Assembly (NCBI GenBank): GCA_000708835.1 | Contig: DF237417.1 | Coordinates: forward strand, 9,999-73,998 | DNA length: 64,000 nt | Source: Klebsormidium nitens | Lineage: Eukaryota > Plantae > Klebsormidiophyceae | Direction of reading: 5' to 3' | In this document: positions 61,401 to 64,000 of the stretch, in pieces | Numbering within the stretch: the first letter of the stretch is position 1 | How the letters are laid out: every line of letters begins with the position of its first letter | The notes under the pieces: model-generated | Told to the model about the DNA's origin: nothing | Databases searched by the model: none | The model's input: only the letters and a program-made list of their open reading frames with translations | Position numbers and translations under genes: made by a program

Positions 61401-62925
61401 CTACCGATGTAAATTGTAAGCCCGCGCTTTGCTGGCCACCGCTTCGTTGTTTTAGACTGAACGTAGTATCTGATTGGAATTCTTTGGTCTTGCGAAATGA
61501 ATTTGTCTACCCACGAAGGTGTCATAAAGATGTGACCCTGAAGAGGCGGGATCTGCTCTCTTCGATCGATTGACATGGCCGGAGGTTTTGTTCGAGCTTG
61601 TTGTTCTGGGACACGCTATTGATAACTTCCTCATGGGATCCCTGGAAGAGCGACAATCCGCATAGGATACACTTTAACCGCCTTCAAACGGCTCTTTTCG
61701 CAGCGAAAAGGTGATTGACGGCCTTCTTTGCGGGACACGAGACGTCGAGCATCGAGCAATTTCTTGACTTAGAGCAGATACAGCATTAGTCTCCATCAAG
61801 CGGCTCTTTACCCAAAAAAAACTAGAACCGCGAACTTTCCCTCCCACAGCGAGGAGCTGATCGACCAGTGCAAGACGTTTTTCTTCGCGGGCCACGAGAC
61901 GTCTGGCCACGCGCTGACGTGGACGCTGCTGCTGCTGGGCCAGCACCCCGAGTGGCAGGAGCGCGCGCGCGCGGAGGTGCGCGAGCACTGCGGAAGCGCG
62001 CCGCCCAACAAGGACAGCGCCAACAAGCTCAAAGTGGTGAGGCGACCGAAGCCGTAGTGGGCTCTCACTTCTCATGCGTTATCTGTGTTCTTGCTCCTTC
62101 GCTACTCGACCTTTTCGCAGGTACTACCGCTCAACGGCTGCCGCGAGAGACACCTCTTAGCCGCTGAGATGGAGAGGCTCACCGTTCAATTGTTGAATAT
62201 GCTCAGTGTATTGCTGTCCGATACTTCCTTTTGATCGTCTTCTTTCGAGATTTGGTGACCCCAAAAAGCTTTCTGCGACTTCCCACGAGCTCTTGGATCG
62301 TTGGACTCACCATTCATCCTTACTTTTGACGCTTTACCTTAGAAGCCTCAAATCGGTTTTGGAACAGTCAGCTGGAATCTGCAAAGGAAATACTGTAACG
62401 GACGGAAGACGGAAAGGGAAACGGAAGCGGAACGCATCAAAGCACCGTTCACCCCTGCTTGCTCAAGCGCCACGGCATCTCCCCGGGCAGGTCACAATGG
62501 TCCTCCGCGAGACGATGCGCCTCTTCCCCCCGGTCCCCTTCACCACGCGCCAGGTGTCAAAACCTCAGCAGCTGGGGCCATACGCTATCCCCCAGGACGA
62601 CAACCTCGTGATTGCGGTGCCCATTTACCCCCTCCACCGCGACCCCGCCACGTGGGGCGCCGACGCTGACGTGTTCAACCCCGAGCGCTTCGAGAACGGC
62701 CCCGCGGGCGCGGCGACGGACGCGCGCGCGTATATCCCGTTCGCTTCCGGCCCGCGGAACTGCGTCGGGCAGCAGCTCGCGATGCTGGAGACGAAGATGG
62801 TGCTCGCCATGGTGCTGCAGCGGTTCCGGTTTTCGGTCGCGCCAGGGTACCGGCACTGGCCGCACAACACGATCACGCTGCGGCCGAAGCTGGGGCTGCC
62901 GCTCTTGGTCGAGAAAGTTGAGTAA
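58500..62925 (+). CDS. Cytochrome P450, CYP72 clan-like. Exons: 58500-58842, 59247-59485, 60195-60466, 61195-61389, 61850-62036, 62491-62925
   Basis: TM anchor plus GPPFKLLVG; WSRQRK; I-helix CKTFFFAGHETS; WQERARAEV; ETMR (ExxR); FNPERF; heme motif PFASGPRNCVGQ. Confidence 0.95.
60955..61270 (+). repeat. Three tandem copies of the P450 exon-4 acceptor and 5' end
   Basis: gtgcag|GTATCTGCCCATCC.. starts at 60969, 61076 and (real) 61195. Confidence 0.92.
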
Positions 62926-64000
62926 GTAACACAAGGAGTCAAACTCATTTGACGAACGGGCGGTTTGATGGAGCAAATCAATTTGGTACGCTACATTTTC
63001 TAGATTGTGTGACGGGTTACTGCGGTAAATTTTTGTCCTTACTGAGCACGTCAAAATAGACACGGTTGAATGGGTAGAGGCTGGTGGCTCCGTTTGGGTT
63101 TTTAAACACCCTGTGTATTTTATATAGGTAGTATATGACCAGATACTGCTAGACTCAAGCCCTATCATATACATAATTATTGGACCCATGCTTTCCGGGC
63201 CAAGTTACCATCGTCCTTTTCTATACATTTGGCACTTACTTTTCGCTTGAATTCAAGTAACCACTTCTTATATCTTATCGACAGTTGGATTCAGCTTTGA
63301 AAGCGGGCCCACAATAATCAAGTTTGGTGCCATCGAGAATGAAGTTTTAGCTCAACTCTAACACTTGAAATGATGCGTCTGCAAAATACGTGCATGCAAG
63401 ATACAGACGGTTGTTCCATTGGACAAGCTTCTAGGTTCAATCAAATGTATGCCTCAATTCGACCACCATGGCGTTCATGGTTAGACGCGGAGTCACGAAG
63501 TACCAGCATGTCGTAGCACATTAATTGCGGATCGACGGAGTGTCGTCGAGAAAATTGTTGCTCCACTAGGTTAGGGATGTATTATGGACGTTCTCGCAAG
63601 TTGCTAGTAATTCGATCATGAACTCAACACGAAAAGTTGTACATGTGACCTGCAACTTGAAATTCCAATATCTCGGCATGCGAGCATGTATCCCCTCGTC
63701 GTTCCTTCCTTCTCCCCACCCCGGGCCCTCCCATGCAAGTGCTGGTGGCCCGTCAATCCAAGTTATGGTATAGAAGTATGGCATTCAACCGCCTGCAGAA
63801 CCCTAGGTCACGTTTTGGGTCACGAAATGCCCCAACCTTAACCAAATCGAGTCGAGTTTTTTGCATTGGGTTCGAGGTCCCAAGGGGGTCCTAGGACCCG
63901 GGTCTCGAGGTGTCTGGACCCCTCGAGCCACCCCCACCACCCGGGGAATCTTGGCTCTCTCAGAACCGGGGGGGGTCATATTCTATTTTTCGTAGCTCTT

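Noticed and set aside
1-64000. Intact transposase, reverse transcriptase or viral hallmark gene
   Set aside because: No DDE, RT (YxDD), integrase, helicase or capsid motifs were recognised in any frame.

Overview
Intron-rich eukaryotic nuclear DNA. The gene set and exon style suggest a streptophyte green alga, probably Klebsormidium-like; this is inference. Ten spliced protein-coding genes can be rebuilt: plastid fibrillin (-), UFD1 (-), SmB (+), a small F-box gene (+), TM9SF/TMN1 (-), HVA22-like (+), EMC1 (-), a low-complexity hypothetical gene (+), methylmalonyl-CoA epimerase (-) and a plastid GST-family gene (+). A CYP72-clan P450 (+) is the eleventh. Two things stand out. (1) At 55760-56026 is a 267-nt RNA gene with tRNA-Ala-like ends (G3:U70, A73, intact D and T arms). 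Its anticodon loop is replaced by a structured 195-nt insert, giving a tmRNA-like architecture. It carries Pol III signals: A/B boxes, an upstream USE-like plus TATA element, and a T4 terminator. (2) Many introns hold 'exon echoes': tandem copies about 100-175 bp long that span a splice junction and decay with distance from the real exon. They occur in UFD1, TMN1, EMC1, GST and the P450. All coordinates were read by eye and nothing was checked against a database.
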